The notes below the pieces were generated by a model, which was not told the origin of the DNA, searched no databases, and saw only the letters and a program-made list of their open reading frames with translations. A stretch of 64,000 bases of DNA from an uncultured bacterium (lineage in GTDB: Bacteria; UBP14; UBA6098; B30-G16). The translations under genes and the position numbers were made by a program. The stretch is taken from positions 1 through 64,000 of the forward strand of contig CBEVQY010000012.1 in assembly GCA_965552135.1 (NCBI GenBank), written 5' to 3'. How positions within the stretch are numbered: the first letter of the stretch is position 1; each line of letters begins with the position of its first letter. Below are positions 27,450 to 38,479 of this stretch, piece by piece.

Positions 27450-28354
27450 CCTTCGGGGGCGTCGGGCGCTTTTTCCTCCTGCGGCGTTGTCCGTTCCGGT
27501 GCGGGAGGGGCTTTCAGCGCGGGCGGGAAGATAAGCCACAGCACAAGAGCCATCGCCGCGAACACTGCCACCGATATCGCTCCCACTGCGCCGCCCACGA
27601 GGTCGTTTTTGGGCACCACCGCTATCGATGCAGCCTGCGCAGTGCCGTTGAGCGCACCGTGCGCAACTGAAGCCGCAAGAACGGAGCCTGAGCTTGCGTA
27701 AACCCAGGCGATCACGCCGCCCAGCGCAATGCAGAAGAGGACGAACACGAAAACCCCAGCCACGGGATGCTGGGGGTAGTTGTATCCCATAAGGATTATC
27801 GGGGCGTGCCATATTCCCCATACGGCGCCCGTGACGGCTATTGCAACTCCGGCGCTGGGTTTCAGCGCAAAAAGCGCCGGGAATATCGTTCCGCGCCAGC
27901 CGTATTCCTCGCCGAAGGTGAAAGGCAACCCCATGATGACGCCGAACGTGAGGTTTATGGCTAAGATTGCCCCGACGAGGGCTGTATCGCCAGGCGAAGC
28001 GGCTACGGGTGGAAGCGTCTCCCTTACCGCTTCGGGTATCCCCCACGCCGCGGCGCCGGCTGCGACGGAGACGAGAAGCGCAGCAAGCATCCCGCCCGCG
28101 GGAAGCAAAACCGCGTGGATGTAAAAAAGCGGCTTCCCGAGCGAAACCCCGCCCCAACCAAGCCTGACACCCAGCAGGAATCTTACAACAATCGCCGAAA
28201 GGGCGGGGATGAGCATGTAGGGGTAAAGCAGGACAGCCCCAAGGACCGAGCCAAGACCACCCGCCTTTTCGATGACGACCCCCATAACAAGCGCGCCCAA
28301 AAGCGCAGAAAACGAGGTCCACAGAACTAAGCGACGCAGGGTTTCTTTTTCCAT
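27446..28354 (-). CDS. CPBP family intramembrane metalloprotease
   Basis: GEEYGWRG, WGIWHAP and HGALN motifs; multiple TM segments. Confidence 0.92.
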   Translation of the reverse strand: MEKETLRRLVLWTSFSALLGALVMGVVIEKAGGLGSVLGAVLLYPYMLIPALSAIVVRFLLGVRLGWGGVSLGKPLFYIHAVLLPAGGMLAALLVSVAAGAAAWGIPEAVRETLPPVAASPGDTALVGAILAINLTFGVIMGLPFTFGEEYGWRGTIFPALFALKPSAGVAIAVTGAVWGIWHAPIILMGYNYPQHPVAGVFVFVLFCIALGGVIAWVYASSGSVLAASVAHGALNGTAQAASIAVVPKNDLVGGAVGAISVAVFAAMALVLWLIFPPALKAPPAPERTTPQEEKAPDAPEG

Positions 28355-28378
28355 AAAAAGCCTCCGATTTTGCACTTT

Positions 28379-30730
28379 CTACCTGATGCGGACGGGGCAA
28401 CCCATCACGTTGAAGATGGAGTCGAGCATCACGGTGACCGTGTCGCCGTCGGAGTACGGTATGCCGCCTATGGTGATGAAGGAGGTGTCGCCCCGCATGG
28501 TTGTTGTGATCGAAAGCTCGCTTTGCGCGAAGGTATCGCTTTCGCCGCCTTCGTGCTTGACGACGACGTGCAGGTAAACCCCCGCTGAGTCGACGGGGAA
28601 CTCGCACATCGAGTCGACCACGGCAAGGGTGACCGTCTGCGAGGAGCATGCGGAAAACGCTCCGCACGCGGGGCACAGCCAGAGGGCATAGGGTTTTGGG
28701 CAAACGAGGAAGCCGCAGCTATCGCCTCCCCAGTTGCAGAACGAATCCCTCACAGAGATCCACGTCCAGACGGAGCCGCACACGCCGGGAAGCGGCAGAA
28801 GCATGGTAGTGTCGGCGACGATGAACGTGTCGACGAACGGTCCCGATGCGACGAGGAGCGTTCCGGGGTCGTTGCGCCAGAAGAGGTCGTCGACGCTCCA
28901 GGCGAGCGCCACCGTATCGCCCGTGAACGCCGACTCGGGCGGACATAGGAACTCCACCCGGGGCGGGCGCGAGTCCAACGGCGCGGCTCCAGTGTCGGCT
29001 GAGAAGGCGCCAACCGATATCGGGCGCCGTATGACGAGGTTGTCTATAACCTGTTCGCTCCAGCAGTCGCCTGTGGACGCGGAGAATCCCACGTGCGCCC
29101 AAAACGGCGGCGGCAAAGCGGCAAAGACGGTGTCGATGTACACAACGCCGTCGAGCTCAACGCGACATCTGGGATAGGCAACGAACACCGATGCGTGATG
29201 CCACGCGCCGTCGGCAAGCTCGAAGGGGACGGAGACCTGCGCAAGCGAAAGCGGAACAGCCTCGCTGCCCAAAAACAGGCAAGAGGTGTCGTCAACGCTT
29301 ACCGCGATGTGGTTTCCGTCGACGTCGGAGCGCGGATCGCCGCAGAAGTTGTTGTACGTGTCGAACTCAACGCCCCATCCGCCGCAGCCTATTATCCCAA
29401 GCTGCCCCCCGAGGGAGAGCGGTGGGTCGAGCAGGCGCGAAAAGATAAGGGACATGCCGTCTGCGCCGGTGGAGTCCGACGGAACGTCACACCAGCCGGG
29501 CACAAACTTGAAGTCGAAATCCACCGCTATGGTGTCGATGTAGAACGTATCCGTCGTCATGAGTCTGCCGTTGCGCCAGGTTAGGTTCTGCGTGAGGACG
29601 AAGTAGTCGCTATCGGGCGCGACGAAGCCGTCGTTGCCGTTTATGCTGTATTCGGTTGTGTCCAGAGCGGCGAACGAGTCGACAAAGAGCGTTTCGTTTG
29701 TGAAGACCTCAAGGAGCCAGTCGTAGCCCTCCATTCCCGGTGCGTCGGCGTCCATGATCCAGTCGAGGCAGTGGGTTCCCGGCTCGACTCCCGCGCCAAC
29801 GTCGCCGCTGTCGCCCCAAAGGCTTGCCAGGGGGATGCCCCACGTTGCGCCGCTGTCGGCGCTCATCCTAAGCCCAACGCTCGCGCTCGCACCAGAGAGG
29901 TTGTAGCAGATGTGGACGATGTTTCTGCCGTCGCAGTCGGTCTCCTCCCAGAGCCACACAGAGTCGACCGACGGGGCTGGAATGCAGCTGCAACCGTCGG
30001 GCTCAAGCCAGCAGGCTATGTTGCGCACAAGCTGCCTGCCCCTGCAGCAAACGATGTGCCCGTCGAGGTATCTCACAAAGGACGCATCGAAAAAGACCCG
30101 GACGACCCCATCTGTGAAGGTTGCCTGAAGCGTGTCGGCAATCGTCCCCATAGGCTTTTCAGACACAACGCGAAAGCCCGAATCCGAGCCCGTGTAGCGA
30201 ATCTGACCCTCGCTTACGTTCGTCGAGAGGCTTGCAAGCCCTTCGGCTATCGGGTGGTCGTAGTGGAGCAGAACTGTGGTGTCGCATTCCTCGGTGCCGC
30301 TGTGGTCGCGCCAGCCAACAAACGATACGCCCCAGTGGTTCGCGATGTAGTTTGCGTCGTACGCGAACGCCGGCGAGTGGTCCCCCAGAATCGCAAGCCC
30401 GCGACCGCTTTCGGCAAAGCTTATGATCGAATCGCGTTCCGCGGCGGTTAGTGTGACGGAGGCGCTGCTGCGACCGTTGACAAACCAAAACTGGGAAAAA
30501 TCCCCGGGCAAAACGGTGGTGAGATCAGGAAGCGTAGAGCGGTTCTCCAGCCGGACGGTGTTGCCAAAGCCTTCCAGAAAAGCCTTGAGTGTATCCAGCG
30601 GGTAGTGCCAGTCGAGGGCGTTGCTGTAGATGAGGATTTTGCACGGTGTGGGTTCGACGGCGTGGACCTGTCCCGAGGGCAGAACCGCGCAAAAAGCCAA
30701 AACCGTCAATTTGCCAAATACCTTTCCCAG
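28379..30730 (-). CDS. Secreted protein with an L-type lectin domain (start uncertain)
   Basis: GADGMSLIF, VEFDTYNN, NHIAV and GFSASTG legume-lectin motifs; Cys-rich C-terminal domain. Confidence 0.75.
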   Translation of the reverse strand: MGKVFGKLTVLAFCAVLPSGQVHAVEPTPCKILIYSNALDWHYPLDTLKAFLEGFGNTVRLENRSTLPDLTTVLPGDFSQFWFVNGRSSASVTLTAAERDSIISFAESGRGLAILGDHSPAFAYDANYIANHWGVSFVGWRDHSGTEECDTTVLLHYDHPIAEGLASLSTNVSEGQIRYTGSDSGFRVVSEKPMGTIADTLQATFTDGVVRVFFDASFVRYLDGHIVCCRGRQLVRNIACWLEPDGCSCIPAPSVDSVWLWEETDCDGRNIVHICYNLSGASASVGLRMSADSGATWGIPLASLWGDSGDVGAGVEPGTHCLDWIMDADAPGMEGYDWLLEVFTNETLFVDSFAALDTTEYSINGNDGFVAPDSDYFVLTQNLTWRNGRLMTTDTFYIDTIAVDFDFKFVPGWCDVPSDSTGADGMSLIFSRLLDPPLSLGGQLGIIGCGGWGVEFDTYNNFCGDPRSDVDGNHIAVSVDDTSCLFLGSEAVPLSLAQVSVPFELADGAWHHASVFVAYPRCRVELDGVVYIDTVFAALPPPFWAHVGFSASTGDCWSEQVIDNLVIRRPISVGAFSADTGAAPLDSRPPRVEFLCPPESAFTGDTVALAWSVDDLFWRNDPGTLLVASGPFVDTFIVADTTMLLPLPGVCGSVWTWISVRDSFCNWGGDSCGFLVCPKPYALWLCPACGAFSACSSQTVTLAVVDSMCEFPVDSAGVYLHVVVKHEGGESDTFAQSELSITTTMRGDTSFITIGGIPYSDGDTVTVMLDSIFNVMGCPVRIR

Positions 30731-30743
30731 TTTTCCCCTCCGT

Positions 30744-31613
30744 CTACGCTGCCGAGGGCGGTGGTCCCCAGCCGAGCTTCGTCCTGAGGATATCGTAGAA
30801 CGACCGCCTGTGGTATTTGACGAACCGTGCGACGCAGTCTGCACGCCGAACCTCGACCATCCCCTCAAGCGGAAGCTCGACCAAGACCTGGCCGTCGACT
30901 ATAAGGCGCGGTGTGATCTTCTTGTCGCCGCTTACGTAACGGATCTCTATCCTGTCGTTTGGACCGACGATAAGCGGTCTTATCGCAAGCGTGTACGGAG
31001 CCAGGGGCGTTATTATGAACGCCTCCATCTCGGGGGATAGTATCGCTCCGCTTGCCGCCATCGAGTACGCTGTGGACCCCGTTGGCGTTGAGACTATGAT
31101 GCCGTCTGCGCCTATGTGGCTGACCAGGCAGCCCGACACGTAAACTGTGAGGTGGATTATCCTCGGCGAGCCGCCGTTGTTCACGACGGCTTCGTTGAGA
31201 CCTATGACGGGCTCCGACTCGGAGTCGGCGACCTTCGCCTCAAGCATCATCCGCTCCTCTATGACGTAGTCACCCCGGAGGATTGCCGGGATGGCATATC
31301 CGAGCTCGTCGGGCAGCAGCGCTGTGAGGAATCCCAGATGCCCGAGGTTGACGCCAAGTATCGGCACGCCCGATGGGGCGAGCTTTCTTGCCGCCAGAAG
31401 CATCGTGCCGTCGCCGCCAAGCGTTATGACGAGGTCCGTTTCGCCGAGCTCCTCGAAGGAGGCGCATCCATCAACGCCAAGTGCCCTCCCGAGCTCCTCC
31501 GACCACACGACCTCAACCCCCTCAAGCAAGCTCATCAGCCTGCGCGCAACTACCACCGCGTCCTTCTTCTCCGGGTTGGCGAAAACGCCAACCCTCTCGA
31601 TCCTCTCAGGCAT
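30744..31613 (-). CDS. nadK: NAD kinase
   Basis: LGGDGT, GHLGFL, NE and TPTGSTAY motifs. Confidence 0.95.
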   Translation of the reverse strand: MPERIERVGVFANPEKKDAVVVARRLMSLLEGVEVVWSEELGRALGVDGCASFEELGETDLVITLGGDGTMLLAARKLAPSGVPILGVNLGHLGFLTALLPDELGYAIPAILRGDYVIEERMMLEAKVADSESEPVIGLNEAVVNNGGSPRIIHLTVYVSGCLVSHIGADGIIVSTPTGSTAYSMAASGAILSPEMEAFIITPLAPYTLAIRPLIVGPNDRIEIRYVSGDKKITPRLIVDGQVLVELPLEGMVEVRRADCVARFVKYHRRSFYDILRTKLGWGPPPSAA

Positions 31614-31628
31614 CTTTGCCCTCCGGGC

Positions 31629-34600
31629 TTACCTTGCTATGACCACCGTTCCGCTGCACGTCGCCTCGCCGCCGACTGATATGACGTAGATGTAGACCCC
31701 CTGCGGCAGTGGGTTGCCGTTGTTGTCGGTGCCGTCCCAGCTGCGGAGGGAGAAATCGGCGTAATCGCTTACGGGACCTATCCTTGCGCTGTAGACCTCG
31801 ACGCCACAGAGGTCGTATATGTGGATCTCCGCGGGTTCTGAGAACATGTTCGGGTAGTCGAAGACGACGAAGTCGTTTTGTCCGTCGGCGTTTGGCGTGA
31901 ACGGGTTCGGCGCGCGACCGCAGCCAACAACAGGCTCGATCATAAACCACCAGTTGTTCTGGGCGGCGTTGTCGGCGCAGAAGTCGGTGGTGTCCTCGGC
32001 GTAAACGGAGACCCAAACGGTCTCGCCGTCGGCGAACCTTGTGCCGAAGCTTTCGGGGACGAAGGTTACCGCGAACCCGCCGGAGATGGCACCCCAAGCG
32101 AGGGCGCTGTGCGGTATCGTATCGCCCGCCACGACGAAGATCACGCTGCTTGTGTCGACGCCGCCTGGGATGTCGGTTATCTCCACGGTTATGTCCTGTT
32201 GGTCGTCGCGGACCATGGAGCCTTCGGCGGGATTGGCAAGCACCATAAGTGGCGGGCTGTAGTCTGCGAAGAAGCTGAAGCATTCGGGCGCTGCGATGGC
32301 GTTCCCGAGCATATCCGACGCACTTTCAACGCAGAACCGCACAAGCTCACCGTCGCCGAACGGCTCAGAAGGCGTGAAGTACAGCGTATCGCCCGAAAGC
32401 CAGAGCTCAGCCGAGCTCAGCGTAAACGTTGATCCGTTGACGGAGGCGACGACGGAGCTCGGGTCAACGCCGTCGGGGTCCGAAAGCAGGACCACAACCG
32501 TTTCGGGCAGACAGCTTGTGACGGAGGAATCGGTTGGTGCGATGGGCGTTACCGTCGGCGCATCGCCGGCTACGACGAAGCTCCAGCATGCCGAGTCGGC
32601 GTTCGGTCCGCAGAACGCGGTGTCGGCGAGGTCGGAGGCGTACACGCAAACATCGATCGTGCTTCCGCCGGACCACGAGACGCCACACAGCGCCGGATCG
32701 AGCGTGATGAGGCTTTCGGCAAAGCTTAAGCATTCATCGGATATCGTGAACGTTGTGTCGCCAGCGGATATCGCTATCGACAGGCTGTCGACGCCGCTTG
32801 TGCTGTCGGCAACGAAAACGCTTATCGTCGGCGTGTTCGTCCGGACCGTCTCGCCGGGGGCGGGCACCTCGCCCCAGAAGACGGGGGGCGAAAGGTCGAG
32901 GACGAAGTCGACGCAGACGGCGCTGTCGATGTCGTTCCCGAGGGAGTCGGAAAGAGTTGCCAGGCACGCCCGAACGGAGTCGCCGTCTTCGGCTACTGTG
33001 GCGAGGTAGAGTACGACGATGACGCTTCCCGCGCCGCACGTCGAGAGCCTGAGCTCGTCGCTTGTGGCGTCTATGTAGCTTGAGTCGCCGTTCGTCCAGA
33101 TGACTGCCCCCGCCGACGCCGTGTCGATTCCGTTGGAGTCTGCGGCGATCCAGACGACGGAATCGGGCTGGCACGCCACAACGGCGCCGCCTGAGGGTCG
33201 TATCACCGCAACCTGCGGTCCTCCGCGGGATATGAAGAAGATCCAGCACGTGTCGGTCACGTTGGGTCCGCAGGTGTCGGGCGAGTCGGGTGCGCTTATG
33301 CACACCTCGACCGAGTCGCCGCCGCGCCAGCTCATACCCGCTGCAACAGGGTCGAAGCAGATCAAGCCCGTGCCAGCGTCGTAGCTTATGGCGCCGCTTG
33401 ATGTCGCAAAATCCACGCCGTCGACGGTGACCACAACGCCGCCCCAGTCGACCCCGCTTGTGGAGTCGGTGATGGTGGCGCATATCGTTGGCGCCGCCGC
33501 CGCGACGGTGTCGAAGGGAGCAGGCGAAAGCCCGCCCACAAGCGGCGGAGCGACGTCAAAGACAAAGCTCACCACGTCGGATGCCGCAAGTGCGTTGAAG
33601 AGAGAGTCGCTCGCGGAGGTAACCTCCACCGAGACGGTCATCCCGTCGTGGATCGACAGGGGCGTCCAGGCGAGCGCGATGGAGTCGGGGTAGATGGAGT
33701 AGGTTATCTCGGGCGAGTCGAGGGGGAGTGTGTGCGTTGCGCCGTCGATCGTTGTTGATACGGCGACCGATTCGGGCAGGATGCCGTCGGGGTCGACGAT
33801 GGATATCGCCACCGAGAAGGTCGAGCATGCGACGTACGCGCCGTCGTCGGGGTTGTGGATGTTTGCGACGGGTCCGCCCGCCGAAACCGCAAACGAGCAG
33901 CACGTATCGACGGAATTTGGAGCGCACATATCGCCCGCGCAGTCCTCAACGTGCCAGCAGACCTCCACCAGCGAGCCTCCTGTGAACACGGGGAGCGAAT
34001 CCGGGTCGACGCGGAAGGTGTCGCCGCTTGCGACGAGCGGATACGCCACGCCGTCGACGGTGACGGAGACATCGCTTATCCCGCAGCCTACGTCCGACGC
34101 AACGATGTACACGGGCGGGCTTGTGAACGCAACCGTGTCGCCGCATCCCGGAGCAAACTCGGCGATCTGGGGCGCAACCCTGTCGACGAAGAACGTCCAG
34201 CTTGCGTCAAGCGCATTGCCCAAAAGATCAGATGCGGAAAGCGTTACCGTTATCGTTCCGCTTGGTGGCAGAGGCGGCGACGGGTGCCAGACGAGGACGC
34301 CGCTTACGTCGTCGTAGGCAAGACCCGCATCTCCGTAGCTCGCGCTGGCAAAGTAGGTCCCGCCGTCGCTGGCGGAAATCAGTATGCTCCCCTCGTCGAC
34401 TCCGGGGGCAACGTCGACGAGGTTTACGACGATGCTTTCGTCCGGGCACGACACCCACGCCGACTCAATGGGCTCCAAAAGCTCCGCCTGCGGCGGCTCG
34501 CAGTCGGTGAAGAAGACGAAGCTTGTGTCGAGGACGTTGTCGGCGCAAAAGTCCGTGGTGTCGGTCACGACCAGCCTGACGACAACGGTGTCGCATCCGG

Positions 34601-37600
34601 AAAGCTCCACGCAGGAGGAGTCCACCGAGACGGCGATGCAGTTGGGGCAGTAGGCGGGCGCTGTGGATAGGCAGGGATCGCCGTAGCCGTACGACGCTGC
34701 GCCAACCTCGACGACAACCGAGGTGCTGTCGGGTCCGGATACGCTGTCAACGACCGTTATCACTATGGGCGTTGACGGCGCTGTGATCACCGCGCCTGCT
34801 GGCGGCGTTGTGTTTACGACCGCAGGCGGCGAGAGGTCGACGACGAACGTGATGGGCGCAGGCGGCGCATCCATCGGGTTGCCCAAAACGTCCGAAGCCG
34901 AAACAAGCGCAACGCTTATGCTGTCGCCGTCAAGCCACATCGGCGAAGGAACGAACACAAGGTAGGGGTCGGAGTAGTAAAGCTGTGGGTCCGAGGTCGT
35001 GTAGTTGACGCCGTTTACCGCAAGGACGATGCTTCCCTCGTCGACGCCGTCGGGGTCGGTGAGCATCACGACGACAGACTCCGGATCACACGACGTGAAT
35101 CCGCCCGTTGGGTGCACGAACGACGCCACAGGTCCGGAGCAGTCGTGCACGTCGACGAAGACGGTGTCGGCGTCGGAGCATCCGAGCGCATCGACGACGA
35201 CAAGCACGTAGTACGTGGGCGCCGATGGCGACACCGTTGGGTGCTCCTCCGTCGAGAAGACGCCTCCTCCCACAGTCGACCACTGGTAGGAGTATGGCGG
35301 TGTTCCCGCCGTTGCTGCTGGCGTTCCGCCCAGGGTGATCACGGCGCCCGCGCAGATCGACGTGTCGGCGCCGGCGTCCGCACGAAGCGAGCAAAGCCGC
35401 GTAACCACAAACGACCAGCAGCTGTCAAGCTCGTTCGGTCCGCACAGGTCGGGCGAATCCCAGGCGGTAACGCAGACGTCCACCGTTTCGTCGGGCGGGT
35501 AGGATATCCCAGCGCACGCCGCATCGAACGAAAAGAAGGTGCCGTCCCACGAAACGCAGGGCGAGTCGACCGAAAGCCTTATCGAGTCGTCGACCACAAC
35601 GACAAGCGAATCCACGCCCGATACGCTGTCGCCTATGCCGAAGGAGAACGATGGCTCAAGCGATGTCACGACATCGCCCTCGGCGGGCGAGGCGTCGTAT
35701 AGGTATGGCGGCGAAAGGTCGACGATGAAGCAGAAGCGGAGGGTATCCTCCATCGTGCCGCCGTATACGTCCGTCGCCCAGAGCTTTACGCAGACCGTGT
35801 CGCCGTCGCTCCAGAGCGGTGCGCCCGGGTCGAACACAAGTACGCCTGTGGCAGAGTCATAGCTCACCTCGGGCGAATCGATCGTGTAGCTTGCGCCGTC
35901 TATCCAGAGGGCGATGCTGCCCTCATCCACAGGGCTTGTCGTCCCCTCGAGGTGGATTCTTATGATCTGGTCGGCGCACGCGGTTATCTGCCCGTCGAGG
36001 GGCTCCTCGGGGTAAGCCACAACGCGCCCCAGCGTGACGACGAAGGTGAAGCATATCGCCGTATCGTTCGGCGGGCAGTAGGGGTAGTCGGGTTGGTCGA
36101 AGAGCGAATCGAGGCAGACGTGGACCGTTCCGCCCGTTGCGAACGAAAGCCCCGAGATCAAAAGCGTCGAGTCGGACCACGTCCACGCAAATCCGCCCAC
36201 GGGAACGCCGCCTATCGATATCGATATGTGCTCGAACGACGTCGTGTCCACGCCTGCGGGGGCGTCGGTGACGATGATCCTCACCTCGGGCTCGGGGTCG
36301 TATACGGTCGAGCCGGGCGTGGGGTAAATCATCTCCGCCTGCGGCGGCTGCGCATCGACTACGACGGTACACGCCACAAAGTCGCCGCTGCAGCCCGCGG
36401 AGTTGGCGTAGCCTGTGAGGACCACCGCGACCGTCTCGCCCGTCGCGAAAACCCCAGGCGGCGCAACCGTCAAGACCGAGTCGGAGTACGTGAGGGCGCC
36501 GCTTGATGCGTCGTATATCTCGCCGTTTATCTCGACCTCAAACGACGTCTCGTCTATCGGGTTTGTGGAGTCGGCGACGACTATGCTAAACTGGGGCGGG
36601 TTGCACGAGGTCACTCCGCCGCACGGCTCGGGGAGGACGAAGTAGGCGTAGGGCTCCGAGGCGACCGAGACGAACACGGTGTCGCTTGCGCTGCAGCCAG
36701 CCTCGTCGGTGACGGTGAGGACGTAGGTTGTGGACGTATCGGGTGAGGCGTAGGGGTTCGGCGCCGCAGGATCCGAAAGCCCGTAGGAGGGTTCCCAGCT
36801 GTAGCTGTATTCCCCAACGCCACCGTATACGGTTGGGGAGCCGCCGAGGCGCACCGAGTCGCCAAAGCAGACAACTGTGTCCGCGCCGGCGTCGACATCC
36901 ATGTTCGAAACCGTGAGGTAGACCGCCTCGTTCACCGAGCAGCCGTTGGAGTCGGTGACGAAGAATATGTACGACGTCGTGTACTGTGGGTACACCCAGG
37001 GCTCGAGGGAGTTTGGGTCGGATATGTATTCGTCGGGCGCCCAGAAGTAGGTTATCGGTCCCACGGCGCCTGTAACAGTCGCGTGCAGCTGGACGCTGTC
37101 GCCGGCGCAAAGGATAGTGTCGTCGGCGAAGACCTCGGCGTCAAGGTCGCTTGGGTGCGGAATGTACACGCTGAAGCTCGTGTCGATTGTGTAGGGCGTC
37201 CCGCTGCAGTTGTCGAAGGTGACGGTGAAGGTGTAGGTCTGCGTCGTTCCCCAAACCGATGGGTCGAAAAGCACGCCCCAGTCGATGTTGTACGACCCTC
37301 CGTAGCCCGCCAGGTTGCCTATGTCGATGGGGTTTTCGGTGGAGACGACGATGAATCCCGGTCCCGAAAGCTGCGCCTGCACGTTGCAGACCGAATCGGT
37401 GCCGCCGTTTACGACCATGAACGTGAAGTGCACCGTGTCGGGGTTCATCGTTCCGTCGCAGTCGTAGGAGAAGGAGGGCGGTTCGTGGATTATCGTCACC
37501 CTCGTCGTGTCGAACGTGCCTATCCCGTAGTAGGTGACGAACACGAGGCTGTCGCCGTAGTCGACGGGTCGTTCGCGCCACTTGAGCATTACCGAGGAGT

Positions 37601-38411
37601 CGTCGTACACGCTTCCTGTGGCGGAAGCCCAGTCGCCTTCGTCCCAGCCGAAGTCGAGGCTGTAGACGGGCGCCCAGCACTGACCGTACCAGAAGACGTC
37701 TGGCATCGTCGCCTCGTAGCCCACAAGGATCCCCAACGCCCGAAGGTCACCCGGCGCGGGCGGATAGCTCCCCTCGTATGCGCGCCATATCGTCGGGATG
37801 TCCGGCGCATAGAATATGGACGCGTTGGCGTTGTATCCGTAAGAGGTCGATATTGGCGCGCCGTCGTTCGTGTTTATCATGGTGTCGAAGTAGATCATCG
37901 CCCCGCAGGTGTGGGTGTAGCCGTCGACGGGCTTCATAACGATGCGATACTCTATCTGCTCGACCTCGCCGGGGCTTGTGCCAAGCGAAACTGGTCTGAA
38001 GCTCACCCTAATTTTGACGCCGTTCCAGTTGCGCCACTCCACGACAGCCATCGAGTCGGCTGCCGAGACGTACTGCGTGTCGGAGGGTGGCATAACGGGG
38101 CTCATGTCGCCGACGTGCTCCGCCTGCGTCTTCGCCCAAACGCTGTCGACGTAGAATATCATCCACTCCGTCCAGCCAGCACCGGGGTAGGAGAAGGTGA
38201 GTTTGACGTACGACCCCGTGCCCGAGGGATCTCCGCCCTCCTCGAAGTTTCCGTCGTCGCCGTCGAGGTCAACGGCAACGTCGACGTAGCCGTTGCCGAG
38301 GTGAACGACGGTAAGGGCGTCGCTTGTCGCGGAGGCGTGAGTTTTGTCCGAAATACCTCCAGCGCCAAAAGCCATCCCCCAAAGGATCAAAAGCACAAAC
38401 ACAAACGGCAT
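31629..38411 (-). CDS. 2260-aa repetitive surface protein with a gliding-motility-associated (T9SS type B-like) CTD
   Basis: Signal peptide; many Cys-containing Ig-like repeats (DLSPP...SGVD); PNPFTPNADGQND...WDG...GVYIY C-terminus. Confidence 0.85.
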   Translation of the reverse strand: MPFVFVLLILWGMAFGAGGISDKTHASATSDALTVVHLGNGYVDVAVDLDGDDGNFEEGGDPSGTGSYVKLTFSYPGAGWTEWMIFYVDSVWAKTQAEHVGDMSPVMPPSDTQYVSAADSMAVVEWRNWNGVKIRVSFRPVSLGTSPGEVEQIEYRIVMKPVDGYTHTCGAMIYFDTMINTNDGAPISTSYGYNANASIFYAPDIPTIWRAYEGSYPPAPGDLRALGILVGYEATMPDVFWYGQCWAPVYSLDFGWDEGDWASATGSVYDDSSVMLKWRERPVDYGDSLVFVTYYGIGTFDTTRVTIIHEPPSFSYDCDGTMNPDTVHFTFMVVNGGTDSVCNVQAQLSGPGFIVVSTENPIDIGNLAGYGGSYNIDWGVLFDPSVWGTTQTYTFTVTFDNCSGTPYTIDTSFSVYIPHPSDLDAEVFADDTILCAGDSVQLHATVTGAVGPITYFWAPDEYISDPNSLEPWVYPQYTTSYIFFVTDSNGCSVNEAVYLTVSNMDVDAGADTVVCFGDSVRLGGSPTVYGGVGEYSYSWEPSYGLSDPAAPNPYASPDTSTTYVLTVTDEAGCSASDTVFVSVASEPYAYFVLPEPCGGVTSCNPPQFSIVVADSTNPIDETSFEVEINGEIYDASSGALTYSDSVLTVAPPGVFATGETVAVVLTGYANSAGCSGDFVACTVVVDAQPPQAEMIYPTPGSTVYDPEPEVRIIVTDAPAGVDTTSFEHISISIGGVPVGGFAWTWSDSTLLISGLSFATGGTVHVCLDSLFDQPDYPYCPPNDTAICFTFVVTLGRVVAYPEEPLDGQITACADQIIRIHLEGTTSPVDEGSIALWIDGASYTIDSPEVSYDSATGVLVFDPGAPLWSDGDTVCVKLWATDVYGGTMEDTLRFCFIVDLSPPYLYDASPAEGDVVTSLEPSFSFGIGDSVSGVDSLVVVVDDSIRLSVDSPCVSWDGTFFSFDAACAGISYPPDETVDVCVTAWDSPDLCGPNELDSCWSFVVTRLCSLRADAGADTSICAGAVITLGGTPAATAGTPPYSYQWSTVGGGVFSTEEHPTVSPSAPTYYVLVVVDALGCSDADTVFVDVHDCSGPVASFVHPTGGFTSCDPESVVVMLTDPDGVDEGSIVLAVNGVNYTTSDPQLYYSDPYLVFVPSPMWLDGDSISVALVSASDVLGNPMDAPPAPITFVVDLSPPAVVNTTPPAGAVITAPSTPIVITVVDSVSGPDSTSVVVEVGAASYGYGDPCLSTAPAYCPNCIAVSVDSSCVELSGCDTVVVRLVVTDTTDFCADNVLDTSFVFFTDCEPPQAELLEPIESAWVSCPDESIVVNLVDVAPGVDEGSILISASDGGTYFASASYGDAGLAYDDVSGVLVWHPSPPLPPSGTITVTLSASDLLGNALDASWTFFVDRVAPQIAEFAPGCGDTVAFTSPPVYIVASDVGCGISDVSVTVDGVAYPLVASGDTFRVDPDSLPVFTGGSLVEVCWHVEDCAGDMCAPNSVDTCCSFAVSAGGPVANIHNPDDGAYVACSTFSVAISIVDPDGILPESVAVSTTIDGATHTLPLDSPEITYSIYPDSIALAWTPLSIHDGMTVSVEVTSASDSLFNALAASDVVSFVFDVAPPLVGGLSPAPFDTVAAAAPTICATITDSTSGVDWGGVVVTVDGVDFATSSGAISYDAGTGLICFDPVAAGMSWRGGDSVEVCISAPDSPDTCGPNVTDTCWIFFISRGGPQVAVIRPSGGAVVACQPDSVVWIAADSNGIDTASAGAVIWTNGDSSYIDATSDELRLSTCGAGSVIVVLYLATVAEDGDSVRACLATLSDSLGNDIDSAVCVDFVLDLSPPVFWGEVPAPGETVRTNTPTISVFVADSTSGVDSLSIAISAGDTTFTISDECLSFAESLITLDPALCGVSWSGGSTIDVCVYASDLADTAFCGPNADSACWSFVVAGDAPTVTPIAPTDSSVTSCLPETVVVLLSDPDGVDPSSVVASVNGSTFTLSSAELWLSGDTLYFTPSEPFGDGELVRFCVESASDMLGNAIAAPECFSFFADYSPPLMVLANPAEGSMVRDDQQDITVEITDIPGGVDTSSVIFVVAGDTIPHSALAWGAISGGFAVTFVPESFGTRFADGETVWVSVYAEDTTDFCADNAAQNNWWFMIEPVVGCGRAPNPFTPNADGQNDFVVFDYPNMFSEPAEIHIYDLCGVEVYSARIGPVSDYADFSLRSWDGTDNNGNPLPQGVYIYVISVGGEATCSGTVVIAR

Positions 38412-38479
38412 ACCAAGCCCTCCCGAAAGATGCCAGACTAAATTATAACCATTTTCCCCAGCTTACACAACCGGCAAGG